A stretch of 64,000 nt of DNA from an uncultured bacterium (GTDB lineage Bacteria > Krumholzibacteriota > Krumholzibacteriia > Krumholzibacteriales > Krumholzibacteriaceae). The stretch spans positions 672,001-736,000 of the forward strand of contig CAWBAN010000001.1 of the NCBI GenBank assembly GCA_963786935.1, written 5' to 3'. The position numbers were made by a program, and so were the translations under genes. Below, piece by piece: positions 10,018-20,936 of this stretch. Every line of letters starts with the position of its first letter. Within the stretch, counting starts at the first letter, position 1. The notes under the pieces were generated by a model. That model was not told the DNA's origin. It saw nothing but the letters and a program-made list of their open reading frames with translations, and did no database searches.

Positions 10018-10798
10018 AGCGCCCGTCGTGCTCGCGCTCCTCGCGCTCGCGGCGCTCTCCGCCGCGTCGTGCGGGGGCCCGTATACGCCGAAGAGGATGA
10101 ACGTGGCGACCGACAAGCTCGCCCTCGCCGATCGTCTGTTCGAGAAGGGCTCCCACGGGCAGGCGGCGGGTGAATACAAGGATTTCCTCGCGACGTTCGC
10201 CGGGGACGAGCGAAGCGATTACGCCCAATTCCGGCTGGCCGAATCGTACCGTCTCGACAAGGATTACGCGCTCGCCGAGGTCGAATACCGGATTCTCATC
10301 AACGACTACGGGTACAGCGATTACGTCGACGACGCGTTCTTTCTCGAAGGCGTATGCGCCTTCAGGCAGAGCCCCCGCTACGAGCGGGACCAGACGAAGA
10401 CCCATCAGGCGCTCGAGCGGCTGAACCGCTTTTTGCAGATGTTCCCGTCGAGCTCGCGCGTGGAGGAAGCGCAGGGAGTCCTGCGCGAGATTCACGAGAA
10501 GCTCGCGCACAAGGATTTCGCGGCGGCGAAGCTCTATTTCTCGAAGAAGCACTACGACGCCTCTCTCGTGTATCTGACCAAGATCATCGAAGCGTATCCC
10601 GAAACGATTTGGGCGGAGCGAGGCCGTTACTATCGCGGCTATATCAGGGAGGCGCGGGGGGAATTCGAGGGGGCCATCGAGGATTACCGGAGCGTGCTCG
10701 CGTCCAAAAGCCAGATCCCCGAACGGGCGAAAACGGACGAGCGGCTGCGGATTCTGGAGCGCGAGCTGGAAGGAACGCGGAAGACGGATGGAGGCTAG
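9983..10798 (+). CDS. bamD: Outer membrane protein assembly factor BamD (start uncertain)
   Basis: Lipobox-like LSAASC, AQFRLAESY, YERDQTKT...FLQMFPSS, EKLAHKDF...LYF; upstream of nadD. Confidence 0.85.
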   Translation: MRDSRCRNGAGKAPVVLALLALAALSAASCGGPYTPKRMNVATDKLALADRLFEKGSHGQAAGEYKDFLATFAGDERSDYAQFRLAESYRLDKDYALAEVEYRILINDYGYSDYVDDAFFLEGVCAFRQSPRYERDQTKTHQALERLNRFLQMFPSSSRVEEAQGVLREIHEKLAHKDFAAAKLYFSKKHYDASLVYLTKIIEAYPETIWAERGRYYRGYIREARGEFEGAIEDYRSVLASKSQIPERAKTDERLRILERELEGTRKTDGG

Positions 10799-11387
10799 GA
10801 AGGAAACGATAGGGCTCTTCGGCGGCTCGTTCGATCCGATCCATACGGGGCATCTCATCCTCGCGCAGGCCGCCGCGAACGTCGTGGGTCTCGCGCGCGT
10901 CATCTTTATCCCGACCGCGGTACCGCCCCACAAACGCGACGTTCCCCTTACCGATATCGAAACGAGAGCCCGCATGGTCGCGCTCGCGATCGAGGGCAAT
11001 CCGCGATTCGAGCTCTCCCGCATCGAATCGGCGGACGGCGTCTCGTACACGTACCGGACCGTGCGGTCGTTCGCCGAGCGGGGGTACGGCCGCGGGGAGC
11101 TGCACCTGCTCGTCGGCGGGGACATGCTCGAGGAGATGGCGGAGTGGCGCGAACCGGAGGAGATATTCTCCCGCGCGACCGTTCTCGCCATGCCGCGCCC
11201 CGGGCACGAGCGCCTGCCGGCGCTCCCTCCCGAGGCGGCGATCATCTGCATGACGGAGGGGATCAACGGCATTTCGTCGCGGGCGATCCGCGCGCTCGTT
11301 CGGGAGGGGAAATCGATCCGGTATCTCGTTCCCGATGCGGTCGAGCGGTTCATCGCGGAGCATTCCCTCTACGCGCCGGGAATCTGA
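10788..11387 (+). CDS. nadD: Nicotinate-nucleotide adenylyltransferase
   Basis: GLFGGSFDPIHTGH, PPHK, SYTYRT, ISSRAIR, IRYLVP. Confidence 0.95.
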   Translation: MEARKETIGLFGGSFDPIHTGHLILAQAAANVVGLARVIFIPTAVPPHKRDVPLTDIETRARMVALAIEGNPRFELSRIESADGVSYTYRTVRSFAERGYGRGELHLLVGGDMLEEMAEWREPEEIFSRATVLAMPRPGHERLPALPPEAAIICMTEGINGISSRAIRALVREGKSIRYLVPDAVERFIAEHSLYAPGI

Positions 11388-11388
11388 C

Positions 11389-14111
11389 ATGAGCGCTGCC
11401 GGGAATCTCTTCATCGTGGACGGACACGCGCTGGCGTACCGGGCGTACTTCGCCTTCATCAGGAATCCGCTCGTCAATTCCAAAGGGGAGAACACGGGGG
11501 CCGTCTTCGGATTTCTCCGGATGCTGCTCCTGCTCTTGAAGAAATACGAGCCGCGCTACCTCGCCGTCGTGTTCGACAGCGGCGAGGAAACCGACCGCCA
11601 TCGGGAGTACGCCGACTACAAGGCGCATCGCCCGGCGATGCCGGACGAGATGGTCGATCAGCTCCCCCTCATCCTCGAGGTCACCGAGGCCCTCGGAATC
11701 CGGACGATCGTCGAGCCGGGGGTCGAGGCGGACGACCTCATCGCCTCGCTCGCGCGCAAGGCGAACGCGGCCGGTCTCGACGCGAAGATCGTGACGGGGG
11801 ACAAGGATTTTCTGCAGCTGCTCTCCGACCATATCCGCATCATCCGCCCGGAAAAGGGCACGGCGCTCGAGGAGGAGATCGGCCCCGAGTTCTGCCGCGA
11901 GCGTTTCGGTCTCGAGCCGCGGCAGGTGATCGACCTGCTCGCCCTCATGGGGGACAGCTCGGACAACATCCCCGGGGTGCCGGGGATCGGCGAGAAAACG
12001 GCGCTCAAGCTCCTCCACGAGTTCGGATCGCTCGACGCGATCTACGACCGGATCGAGGAGGTGCGCCCCGAGCACGTGCGCGAGAAGCTCCGGAGCGGCG
12101 CGGAGAGCGCCCGGCTCTCGCGCGAGCTCGTGACCCTCCGGGACGCGGCCGTCGAGTTCTCGCCGGGCGCGCTCGAGATCGGCGCGCCCGAGGAGCGTCG
12201 GCTCACCGATCTCCTCCTGCGGCTCGAGTTCCATCAGATCATCAAGGAGTTGTTCCCCGCGGGGGAGGGGGACTCCTCCGGACGGACGTACGCGCTCGTG
12301 ACGGAAGGGGACCTCGACGGTCTCGCGCGGCGGCTCGAGCGCTCGCGGGAGTTCGTCTTCGACGTCGAAACGACGTCGGTCGATCCGCTCGAGGCGGAGC
12401 TCGTCGGCATCTCGTTCAGCACGGAGGAAGGAGCCGCCGTGTACGTTCCCGTCGCCGCGGCGCCGAAGGGGGAAGCGGCGGGACTGTTCCAGCAGGCGGC
12501 GCCTCCGCGCGGCATCGCGCCGGAGCGCGTTCGCGCGGCGCTCGGGCCCGCGCTCGCCGACGAATCGATCGCCAAGATCGGGCACAACATCAAATTCGAT
12601 TGCCTCGTGCTCGAGGCGCACGGATACCGGATCGGTGGGGTGTCGTTCGATACGATGATCGCGTCCTACTGCCTCGATCCCGAACGGCGCTCGCATTCGC
12701 TCGACAACCTCGCGCTCGAATTCGCGCGGCATCGGAAGATCCCGTACGCCGGCCTCTTTGCGGCGGGGGACCGGGCGAAGGACATCCGAACGGTCCCGCT
12801 CGATCGGCTGTGCGAATACTCGTGCGAGGACGCCGACTACACGATGCGGCTCAAGACGCTCTTCGAGGGGAGCCTCTCGGAACGCGGGCTCGCGTCGCTC
12901 TTCCGGGACGTCGAGATGCCGCTGTGTCTCGTGCTCAAGCGGATGGAGCAGGAGGGGGTGGCGATCGACGCGGCGAAGCTCGGCGCGCTTTCGCTCGTCG
13001 TCGCGAAGGAGCTCGACCGGCTCACGGAGGAGATCCACCGGCTCGCCGGCGGGGAGTTCAACATCAACTCGGCGAAGCAGCTCCAGGCGATCCTCTTCGA
13101 GAAGCTCGAGCTTCCGAGGGCCCGGAAGACGAAGACGGGATTCTCGACCGACGAGGAGGTGCTTTCGGAGCTCGCGCGGAGCCATCCGATCGCGCGGAGC
13201 GTGCTGGAGCACCGGCAGCTCTCGAAGATGCGGAGCACGTACCTCGACGCGCTCCCGCGGCTCGTGCACCCGCGGACGGGGCGCATCCACACGTCGTTCA
13301 ACCAGACGGTCGCGGCGACGGGCCGGCTGTCGTCGAGCGAGCCGAATCTGCAGAACATTCCGGTGCGGACGGAGCTCGGGCGCGCGATTCGGAGCGCCTT
13401 CATTCCGCGGCGCGGAAACATCCTCATGGACGCCGATTATTCGCAGATCGAGCTCCGTATCATGGCCCATCTCTCGAAGGACGAGGCGTTCGTCGCCGCG
13501 TTCCGCGAGGGGGGGACATCCACGCGAGAACGGCCGCCCGGATCTACGGCGTCGGCGCGGAATCGGTGACGCCCGACATGCGCGCCCGCGCCAAGACAAT
13601 CAACTTCGGCGTGATCTACGGCATGGGGCCTCGGGGGCTCTCCAACCAACTCGGTATCGGGCTCGACGAGGCGAAGCGCTTCATCGACGAGTATTTCGAG
13701 AAGTATCCGGGCGTGAAGGCGTACATCGATTCGGCGGTCGCCGAGGCGCGGCGGAAGGGCTACGCCGAGACGCTCCTCGGCCGCAAGCGGATTCTCGGCG
13801 AGATCGACAGCGAGAACAGCCGGGTGCGGAGCTTCACGGAGCGGATCGCGGTCAACACGCCGATCCAGGGGACGGCGGCCGACATGATCAAGCTCGCCAT
13901 GATCGAAATCGACCGGGACATCGCGGAGGCGGGGCTCGGGAGCCGCATGATACTCCAGGTTCACGACGAGCTCGTGTTCGAGGTCGTGCCGGCGGAGCGC
14001 GATCGTCTCGCCGCGATCGTGCGGGAGCGCATGGAATCGGCGATCGCCCTCGACGTTCCGGTCAGCGCGGAGATCGGTTTCGGGGAGAACTGGTTGGAGG
14101 CGCATCGATGA
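11389..14111 (+). CDS. polA: DNA polymerase I; broken by a -1 shift in a G7 run at 13509-13515 (probable sequencing error)
   Basis: 5'-3' exonuclease (IVDGHALAYRAY, EADD, GDKD), 3'-5' exonuclease (DVET), motif A (ADYSQIELR), then in the -1 frame DIHARTA, KTINFGVIYG, NTPIQG and QVHDELVFE. Confidence 0.93.
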
Positions 14112-14758
14112 GGACGCCCGTCATCGGCATCACCGGCCCCATCGCGTCGGGAAAAACGACCGTCTCCCGGATCGTCGCCGCCGCCGGGGGCGCGCTCATC
14201 GATTGCGACGCGCTCGGGGGCCGGGCCCTCGAGGACGCGCGCGTGCGCCGCGCGATCGTCGCGGCCTTCGGGCGCCGCGTGCTCGGCCCGCGCGGCGCCG
14301 TGTCGCGCCGCGCGCTCGGACGCGTCGTGTTCGCGGACGACCACGCCCTCGAACGGCTCAACCGGATCGTCCGCGGACCGCTCAAGCGGATCATCACCCG
14401 CGAAGTGATGGAGCGCCGCGGGAGCGCTCCCTACATTGTGCTTGATGCGGTGCTTCTTTTTCAGTATAAATTCAGATTCAAAGTGGATTTTGCCGTCGTG
14501 ACAAAGGCTTCCCGCGCCACGCGTCTCGCGAGAATCATGCGGCGGGACGGCGTATCGCGACGAGAGGCGCTCGCGAGGATCGAGCGCCAGAGGACGCTCG
14601 AGCGGGGCTGGACGAGGGCCGACGCGACGATCGCGACGGACGGGCCGCTCGAACGCGTGCGAACGGAGGCCGCGAGAATCCGGGAGCGGTTTCTCGAGCG
14701 GCGCTCACCGACGGGGAGGAACGCGCGATGCAGGAAAAACTCACGCACCGGGAGATAG
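14108..14758 (+). CDS. coaE: Dephospho-CoA kinase
   Basis: VIGITGPIASGKTT P-loop, LGRVVF...LNRIV, RIMRRDG; follows polA. Confidence 0.88.
   Translation: MRTPVIGITGPIASGKTTVSRIVAAAGGALIDCDALGGRALEDARVRRAIVAAFGRRVLGPRGAVSRRALGRVVFADDHALERLNRIVRGPLKRIITREVMERRGSAPYIVLDAVLLFQYKFRFKVDFAVVTKASRATRLARIMRRDGVSRREALARIERQRTLERGWTRADATIATDGPLERVRTEAARIRERFLERRSPTGRNARCRKNSRTGR
14442..14470 (+). promoter_or_regulatory. Candidate sigma70 promoter inside coaE (for prfB-lysS)
   Basis: TTGATG-N17-TATAAA in a conspicuous AT-rich island of coaE. Confidence 0.5.
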
Positions 14759-15847
14759 AAGAGCGGGTGCTCGATATGGAGCGGCAGCTTGCGGGGCTGC
14801 GCGGTTGCCTTTGACCCGGAGGGGATGCGGAAGGAAATAGCGTCGATCGAGACGGAGATGGGGAAGACCGGCTTCTGGGACGAACGCGAGAAAGCCGAGG
14901 GCTTCGTCTCGAAGCTCAAGGAAGTCAAGGGGAGGCTCGAGCCCCTCGGCCGCCTCGAGAACGATATCTTGCAGCTCAAGGATCTCCTCGCGATGCAGGC
15001 GGATGCCGAGGATCCGTCGATGCTCGACGAGCTCGCGAACGAGATTGTCGGGATTCGCAAACGGCTCGGAGAATTCGAGCTCAAGATCCTTCTCTCGGGG
15101 GAGAGCGACCGCGGCAGCGCGCTCATGAACATCCACCCGGGGGCGGGCGGCACCGAATCCCAGGACTGGGCGGAGATGCTTCTGCGGCTCTACCGGAAGT
15201 ATCTCGAGAAGAGCGGGTTCGAATACCGCCTCCTCGATCTCCAGCCGGGAGACGAGGCGGGAATCAAAAACGCGACGCTCGAAATCACCGGGGAGTACGC
15301 GTACGGGAAGATGAAAGCGGAGAGCGGCATTCACCGCCTCGTCCGCATCTCTCCGTTCGATTCGAACCACCGGCGCCACACGTCGTTCGTGTCGGTATTC
15401 GTGTACCCCGAGGTCGAGGACAAGATCGAAGTCGAAATCTCGCCGAACGATATCCGCGTCGACACGTATCGCGCGAGCGGCGCCGGCGGCCAGCACGTCA
15501 ACAAGGTGTCCTCGGCCGTGCGCATCACGCATTTCCCGACCGGCATCGTGGTCCAGTGCCAGAACGAGCGGTCGCAGCACAAGAACCGGGACATGGCGAT
15601 GAAGGTGCTCCGCTCGCGCATCTACGCGAAGCTGCAGGAGGAAGAGGATGAGCGGAAGGCGAAGGCGGCCGGCGAGAAGAAAGACATCTCGTGGGGAAAC
15701 CAGATCCGGAGCTACACGCTGCAGCCGTACACGCTCGTGAAGGATCATCGGACCGACGTCCAGACGAGCAACGTCCAGGCGGTGCTGGACGGCGAGATCG
15801 ACGAATTCATCGAAGGGTATCTCCGCTGGAAGGAAAGGAACGGATGA
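14728..15847 (+). CDS. prfB: Peptide chain release factor 2 with programmed +1 frameshift
   Basis: The ATG at 14728 reads MQEKL...GCL then CTT TGA C (14809-14815). The +1 frame holds [14 protein letters not shown] and GGQ motifs. Confidence 0.95.
14809..14815 (+). other. prfB programmed +1 ribosomal frameshift site CTT-TGA-C
   Basis: Canonical RF2 autoregulatory slippery site at codon 28. Confidence 0.92.
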
Positions 15848-15848
15848 C

Positions 15849-17342
15849 ATGAGCGACAAGGGTGCGCCCGCGGGAGGCCAGGAACGCGAGCAGCGCAAGG
15901 CGAAGCTCGCCCGGCTCCGGGAGTTGGGCGCGGCGCCGTACGCGTATCGATTCGAGCGCTCGCATACGACCGCCGAGGCGGTGTCGCGCGAGGCGGAGCT
16001 CGCCGCGAGCGGCGCGGCCGTTTCGCTCGCCGGCCGCGTCATGACGCTGCGGGGACACGGTCACACGGCGTTCGGCCACCTCAAGGACGCGGCCGGAAAG
16101 ATGCAGTTCTACATCCGCGACGACGAGGTGAGCGCGCGCGATTTCGAGATTTTCAAGCTCGTCGATATGGGGGACATCATCGGCGTCACGGGGACGATCT
16201 TCCGGACGAAGACCGGGGAGATCACCGTGCGTGTTTCGTCGCTTTCGCTTCTGAGCAAGGCGATCAACCCGCTCCCCGAAAAGTGGCACGGGCTCCAGGA
16301 CAAGGAGCTGCGCTATCGGCGGCGCTACGTCGATCTCATCGTGAACGACGACGTCTTCCGGACGTTCGTCCTCCGGTCGCGGATCGTCGAGGCGGTGCGC
16401 CGCTTTCTCCTCGCGCGGGATTTCATCGAGGTCGAGACGCCGATCCTGCAGCCGCTCTACGGCGGGGCGCTCGCGCGCCCGTTCGTCACGCATCACCACG
16501 CGCTCGACGTCGATCTCTATCTCCGCATCGCCGACGAGCTGTACCTCAAGCGCCTCATCGTCGGCGGCATGGAGCGGGTGTTCGAATTTGCAAAGGATTT
16601 CCGCAACGAGGGAATGGACCGGTCGCACAATCCCGAGTTCACGATGCTCGAGTGCTACGCGGCATACTGGGACTACACGGACATGATGGGGTTCGTCGAG
16701 GAGCTCTTCACGACGCTCGCCCGCGAAATCATCGGCGGCACGACCGTCCGCTACGGGGAGCACGAGATCGATCTCTCGGCGCCCTGGCGGAAGCTCGCGT
16801 ACTTCGACGCGCTTCGCGAGGCGGCGGGAACCGACGTGCGGCACGCGGAGGCGGCCGAGCTCGGGCGCGTGGTCCGTGCGCGCGGCCTCGATCCGGGCGA
16901 AGCCGAAACCCGCGGGGATTACCTCGACCTGCTCTTCTCCGAGCTCGTCGAGCCGCGGCTCATCCAGCCGACCTTCGTAATGGACTATCCGGTGGAGATC
17001 TCCCCGCTCGCGAAGATCCACCGGAGCGAGGCGGGCATCGTGGAACGGTTCGAGCCGTACATCGCGGGGTACGAGGTCGGGAACGCCTTCAGCGAGCTCA
17101 ACGATCCGGCCGACCAGCGGGCGCGGTTCGAGGCGATCGCGCGCGCGTGGAAGGGCGGCGATCGCGAGACGCACCCGATCGACGAGGACTACGTGCGGGC
17201 GCTCGAGTACGGCATGCCGCCGACGGGCGGGCTCGGCGTCGGCATCGACCGGCTCGTGATGCTGCTGACCGATTCGCCGTCGATCCGCGACGTGATCCTG
17301 TTCCCGCAGATGCGTCCGGAAGAGGGACGCGACAGAGAGTGA
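15849..17342 (+). CDS. lysS: Lysyl-tRNA synthetase (class II)
   Basis: PLPEKWHGL, RYRRRYVDLI, YLRIADELYLKRL, FRNEG, HNPEF, YGMPPTGGLGVGIDRL. Confidence 0.98.
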   Translation: MSDKGAPAGGQEREQRKAKLARLRELGAAPYAYRFERSHTTAEAVSREAELAASGAAVSLAGRVMTLRGHGHTAFGHLKDAAGKMQFYIRDDEVSARDFEIFKLVDMGDIIGVTGTIFRTKTGEITVRVSSLSLLSKAINPLPEKWHGLQDKELRYRRRYVDLIVNDDVFRTFVLRSRIVEAVRRFLLARDFIEVETPILQPLYGGALARPFVTHHHALDVDLYLRIADELYLKRLIVGGMERVFEFAKDFRNEGMDRSHNPEFTMLECYAAYWDYTDMMGFVEELFTTLAREIIGGTTVRYGEHEIDLSAPWRKLAYFDALREAAGTDVRHAEAAELGRVVRARGLDPGEAETRGDYLDLLFSELVEPRLIQPTFVMDYPVEISPLAKIHRSEAGIVERFEPYIAGYEVGNAFSELNDPADQRARFEAIARAWKGGDRETHPIDEDYVRALEYGMPPTGGLGVGIDRLVMLLTDSPSIRDVILFPQMRPEEGRDRE

Positions 17343-17347
17343 GCCGG

Positions 17348-18604
17348 ATGCATTATTCCATCTCGATCGCGCTCAAGTATCTGCGGACGAAGCGGCGCCG
17401 CGGGTTCATCTCCCGGGTGACGGCGATCGCCATCGCCGGAACGCTCGTCGGGGTCGCCACCCTCATCATCGTGCTCTCGCTCATGAACGGTTTCGAGAAC
17501 GAGCTGCGGAGCCGGATCGTCGAATTCAACACGCACGTCCTCGTGTTCGCGCGGACGCCGAACGCGTGGGCGTCCATCGATTCGACCGCCGCCCTCGTCG
17601 AGAGCCTGCCGGACGTCGTCGCCGTTTCCCCCTTCGTGCGGGGAGAGGCGCTCATCTACTACGACGTCGTTCCGGGCGTCAGGGTCAAGACGAAGGGCGC
17701 GATCGTGAAGGGGCTCGATCTCGCGCGGGAGCGGGCCGTCTCGACGGTCGTCGATTCGATGACGCCGCCGATCACGTCGTTCACGGTGCGGGGATTCGAC
17801 GACGGGAAGGACGTCCCCGGCATCGTGCTCGGGAAGGATCTCGCCGACGAGCTCATCGTCTATCTCGGCGAGGTTCTCACCCTCGTGACCGCTCCGGCGG
17901 AGTTCAGGACAGGATCGCTCAATCCCCAGACGCAGGAGTTCCGCGTCATCGGAACCTTCAAGACGGGCGTGTACGAGTTCGATTCGCGCTTCGTATACAT
18001 CGACCTCAAGGACGCGGAGCGGCTCTTCGAATTCGAGTCGGCGATACACGGCCTCGGCGTGAGAATCAAGGACATCTACCGGGCCGACAAGGTCGACGCG
18101 CGGATCCTGGACCTCCTCAACTCCCCCTCGTACGGCGCGAACAACTGGATTCAGATGAACAGGAATCTCTTCAGCTACATCAAGGTCGAGAAGATCCTCA
18201 TGTTCCTGCTGCTGACGCTCATCATCCTCATCGCCGCGTTCAATCTCGTCGCGATGCTGACGATGGTGATCATGGAAAAGCGCAACGAGATCGGCATCCT
18301 GCGCTCGATGGGGGCTTCGTCGAGGGGCGTGATGTCGGTGTTCATGCTGCAGGGGACGTTCATCGGAGCGGTGGGCACGGCGATCGGCGCCGCCGCGGGG
18401 CTCATCATCTGCGGGGTGCTCCGGGAAGTGAAGATCGATCTCCCGCCGGACGTGTACTTCATCAATACGCTTCCGGTTCTCGTGAGCTGGGCGGACGTCA
18501 TGATGGTGTGCGCGGCGTCTCTCGCGATCTGTTTCCTGGCCACGCTGTACCCGAGCTGGGAGGCGTGCCGCATGCCTCCCCTGGATGCGATACGGTATGA
18601 TTGA
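17348..18604 (+). CDS. lolE: Lipoprotein-releasing ABC transporter permease LolC/E
   Basis: IALKYLR...GVATLIIVLSLMNGF, EKRNEIGILRSMGA, DVYFINTLP, LYPSW...AIRYD. Confidence 0.88.
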   Translation: MHYSISIALKYLRTKRRRGFISRVTAIAIAGTLVGVATLIIVLSLMNGFENELRSRIVEFNTHVLVFARTPNAWASIDSTAALVESLPDVVAVSPFVRGEALIYYDVVPGVRVKTKGAIVKGLDLARERAVSTVVDSMTPPITSFTVRGFDDGKDVPGIVLGKDLADELIVYLGEVLTLVTAPAEFRTGSLNPQTQEFRVIGTFKTGVYEFDSRFVYIDLKDAERLFEFESAIHGLGVRIKDIYRADKVDARILDLLNSPSYGANNWIQMNRNLFSYIKVEKILMFLLLTLIILIAAFNLVAMLTMVIMEKRNEIGILRSMGASSRGVMSVFMLQGTFIGAVGTAIGAAAGLIICGVLREVKIDLPPDVYFINTLPVLVSWADVMMVCAASLAICFLATLYPSWEACRMPPLDAIRYD

Positions 18605-18691
18605 TATTTCGAGAGATATGGGGAACAAATGCGACAAATCGGCGCCTGTTGCGCCGACGCAGGCAGAGTTATTATATTGTTGGAGCCGGGA

Positions 18692-19378
18692 ATGACACTC
18701 GAGGCGCGCGGAATATGGAGGATTTACGAGGGCACGAAGGGCCCGATCGAGGTCCTGAAGGGCGTCGATCTCGAAGTGGCGGTCGGGGAGGTCGTGGTGG
18801 TCATCGGGGCGTCCGGCGCCGGGAAAAGCACCCTGCTGCATATCCTCGGCACGCTCGACGCGCCGGACCGGGGGAGCGTGCTCGTCAGGGGGGTGGATCC
18901 CCGGAAATGCTCCCCGCGGGAGCTCAATATGATAAGAAACAGGGATATCGGATTCGTCTTCCAGTTCCACTACCTGCTGCCCGAGTTCAGCGCGCTCGAG
19001 AACGTCATGATGCCGTCGGTCATCGGCGGCCGGGACCGGCGCGCCGCGGAGGGAAGGGCTCTGGAGCTCCTCGGGGCGGTCGGCCTCGAAGAGCGGATCC
19101 ATCACCGGCCGGCGGAGCTCTCCGGCGGGGAGCAGCAGCGCGTGGCCGTCGCGCGGGCGCTCGCCAACGGTCCGTCGATCGTGCTGGCCGATGAGCCGTC
19201 GGGGAATCTCGACGACCGGGCGAGCGAGAGCCTCCATGCGCTCATGCGGGAGCTCTCGAGGTCGCAGAAGCAGACATTCATCGTCGTCACGCACAAGAAG
19301 GAGCTTCTCGAGAAGGCCGACCGGGGATTCGTCCTCGCGGACGGCACGCTCCACGGGATCGGCGGGGGGGGCGCATGA
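18692..19378 (+). CDS. lolD: Lipoprotein-releasing ABC transporter ATPase LolD
   Basis: GASGAGKSTLLH, IGFVFQFHYLLPEFSALENV, LSGGEQQR, ADEPSGNLD; follows lolC/E. Confidence 0.9.
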   Translation: MTLEARGIWRIYEGTKGPIEVLKGVDLEVAVGEVVVVIGASGAGKSTLLHILGTLDAPDRGSVLVRGVDPRKCSPRELNMIRNRDIGFVFQFHYLLPEFSALENVMMPSVIGGRDRRAAEGRALELLGAVGLEERIHHRPAELSGGEQQRVAVARALANGPSIVLADEPSGNLDDRASESLHALMRELSRSQKQTFIVVTHKKELLEKADRGFVLADGTLHGIGGGGA

Positions 19379-19899
19379 TCTGCCAGTTCTGCAAGAAGCG
19401 GGAGGCGACCATTCACGTCACCAACGTCGAGAGCAACAAGGTGCGCGCGATCCATATCTGCGCCCCGTGCGCCGAGGAGCGCGGCTTCGACGAGCTCAAG
19501 AAAAGCAATTTCACGATGACCGATTTCGTGGCGGGGCTGTTCGATTCGGCGTTCGCGGCGGCGGAGAAAGGGATTTCCCCGGACAGCTGTCCGAACTGCG
19601 GAACGAGCTATTCCGCCTTCCAGGAGATGGGACGGCTCGGCTGCTCGCAGTGCTACGAGTTTTTCCAGCAGCAGCTGATCCCGCTCCTCAGGAGCATCCA
19701 CGGCAACACGCGCCACCTCGGGAAGATCCCGCAGCGGTTCGCGCGGCAGGTGAGCCTCAGACGGAAGGCGCGGGGGCTGCAGGACGAGCTCGAGCTGGCG
19801 ATCCAGCTCGAGCAGTACGAGCGCGCGGCCGAGCTGCGCGACGAGATCCGCAAGCTCTCCGAACGAGAGGGAGGGGAGGGACGGGCGTGTCAGCGCTGA
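19375..19899 (+). CDS. mcsA: McsA, arginine kinase activator (UVR domain)
   Basis: CxxC pairs (CQFC, CAPC, CPNC, GRLGCSQCY) and a C-terminal UVR motif EQYERAAELRDEI. Confidence 0.92.
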   Translation: MICQFCKKREATIHVTNVESNKVRAIHICAPCAEERGFDELKKSNFTMTDFVAGLFDSAFAAAEKGISPDSCPNCGTSYSAFQEMGRLGCSQCYEFFQQQLIPLLRSIHGNTRHLGKIPQRFARQVSLRRKARGLQDELELAIQLEQYERAAELRDEIRKLSEREGGEGRACQR

Positions 19900-20936
19900 A
19901 GACACTGATCGAGAATCCGGCGCGGTGGCTTTCGAGCGACGCCGAGGAGAGCGAGCTCGTGCTCTCGAGCCGCGTGCGGATCGCGCGCAACCTCGACCGG
20001 CGCTCCTTCACCCACGGCGCGAGCGTCCAGGTGCTCGGCGAGATACGCGACGAGGCGAAGGCGTCGCTCGCGGACTGTCCCGGACTCGCCGGCGCGCTCG
20101 TCCTCGACATGGACGGGATCCCCGAGCCGGACCGGATGCTGCTCGCGGAGCGGCGCCTCATCAGCCTCGAGATGGTGAAGAACTACGTCAATCGATCCCT
20201 CGTCGCCATGCCGGACGAGCAGATGAGCGTCATGATCAACGAAGAGGATCATCTGCGGATCCAGTCGTTCGAACCGGGGCTCGCGCTGCAGCGGGCCTTC
20301 GACCGGATCTCCGAGCTCGATAACGAAATCGACGCGCGGCTCTGCTACGCGTACTCCGAGGAGCTCGGCTACCTCACGGCGTGTCCGACGAACGTCGGCA
20401 CCGGTCTCAGGGTTTCGGCGATGGTTCATCTGCCGGGGCTCGTTCATAACAAGGATATCGGACAGGTGCTCGACGGATTGCGCAACATCCGTCTCACGGT
20501 CCGCGGCATCTACGGTGAGGGGAGCGACATCATCGGCAATTTCTTCCAGGTGTCGAACAGCATCACCCTCGGCCTCTCCGAGGAAGACACGGTCAGGAAT
20601 CTCGAGGGGCATATTCGCAAGGTGCTTGAATTCGAGAAAAAAGCGAGGAGCGTGCTGCTGAAAAAGGCACGGAGCTTGCTCGAAGACAAGATATGGAGGG
20701 CATTCGGGATCCTCAAGACGGCGAGGCTTGTAACTTCTAAAGAGGCAATGAGTTTGATTTCAGCAGTCCGTCTTGGCATAGGCCTTGGCATCATCACGGA
20801 ATGCCGGTTGTCGACGCTGAACGAGCTGTTCATCATGATCCAGCCGATGCACCTCCAGAAGCTCCATGACAGGGCGATGAAGGCCGAGGAGAGAGACCGC
20901 GCCCGGGCCGATTACATCAGGGCGAAGCTATTGTGA
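19887..20936 (+). CDS. mcsB: Protein arginine kinase McsB
   Basis: VLSSRVRIARN, INEEDHLRIQ, GYLTACPTNVGTGLRVSAMVHLP, VRGIYGEGS, FQVSN. Confidence 0.95.
   Translation: MSALKTLIENPARWLSSDAEESELVLSSRVRIARNLDRRSFTHGASVQVLGEIRDEAKASLADCPGLAGALVLDMDGIPEPDRMLLAERRLISLEMVKNYVNRSLVAMPDEQMSVMINEEDHLRIQSFEPGLALQRAFDRISELDNEIDARLCYAYSEELGYLTACPTNVGTGLRVSAMVHLPGLVHNKDIGQVLDGLRNIRLTVRGIYGEGSDIIGNFFQVSNSITLGLSEEDTVRNLEGHIRKVLEFEKKARSVLLKKARSLLEDKIWRAFGILKTARLVTSKEAMSLISAVRLGIGLGIITECRLSTLNELFIMIQPMHLQKLHDRAMKAEERDRARADYIRAKLL

Noticed and set aside
11389..14111. polA, lpxC-fabZ, lpxK and thiE as true pseudogenes
   Set aside because: Each has a single same-direction indel in a G run with all motifs intact on both sides and no other decay, so an assembly error is more parsimonious.
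16283..18604. Apparent long N-terminal extensions in the ORF track (lolE 773 aa, coaE 666 aa, mcsB 581 aa, Minf_1886 705 aa, lpxB 500 aa)
   Set aside because: The extensions are Arg/Ala/Gly-rich off-frame read-throughs of the upstream gene. The real starts lie next to the upstream stop codons.
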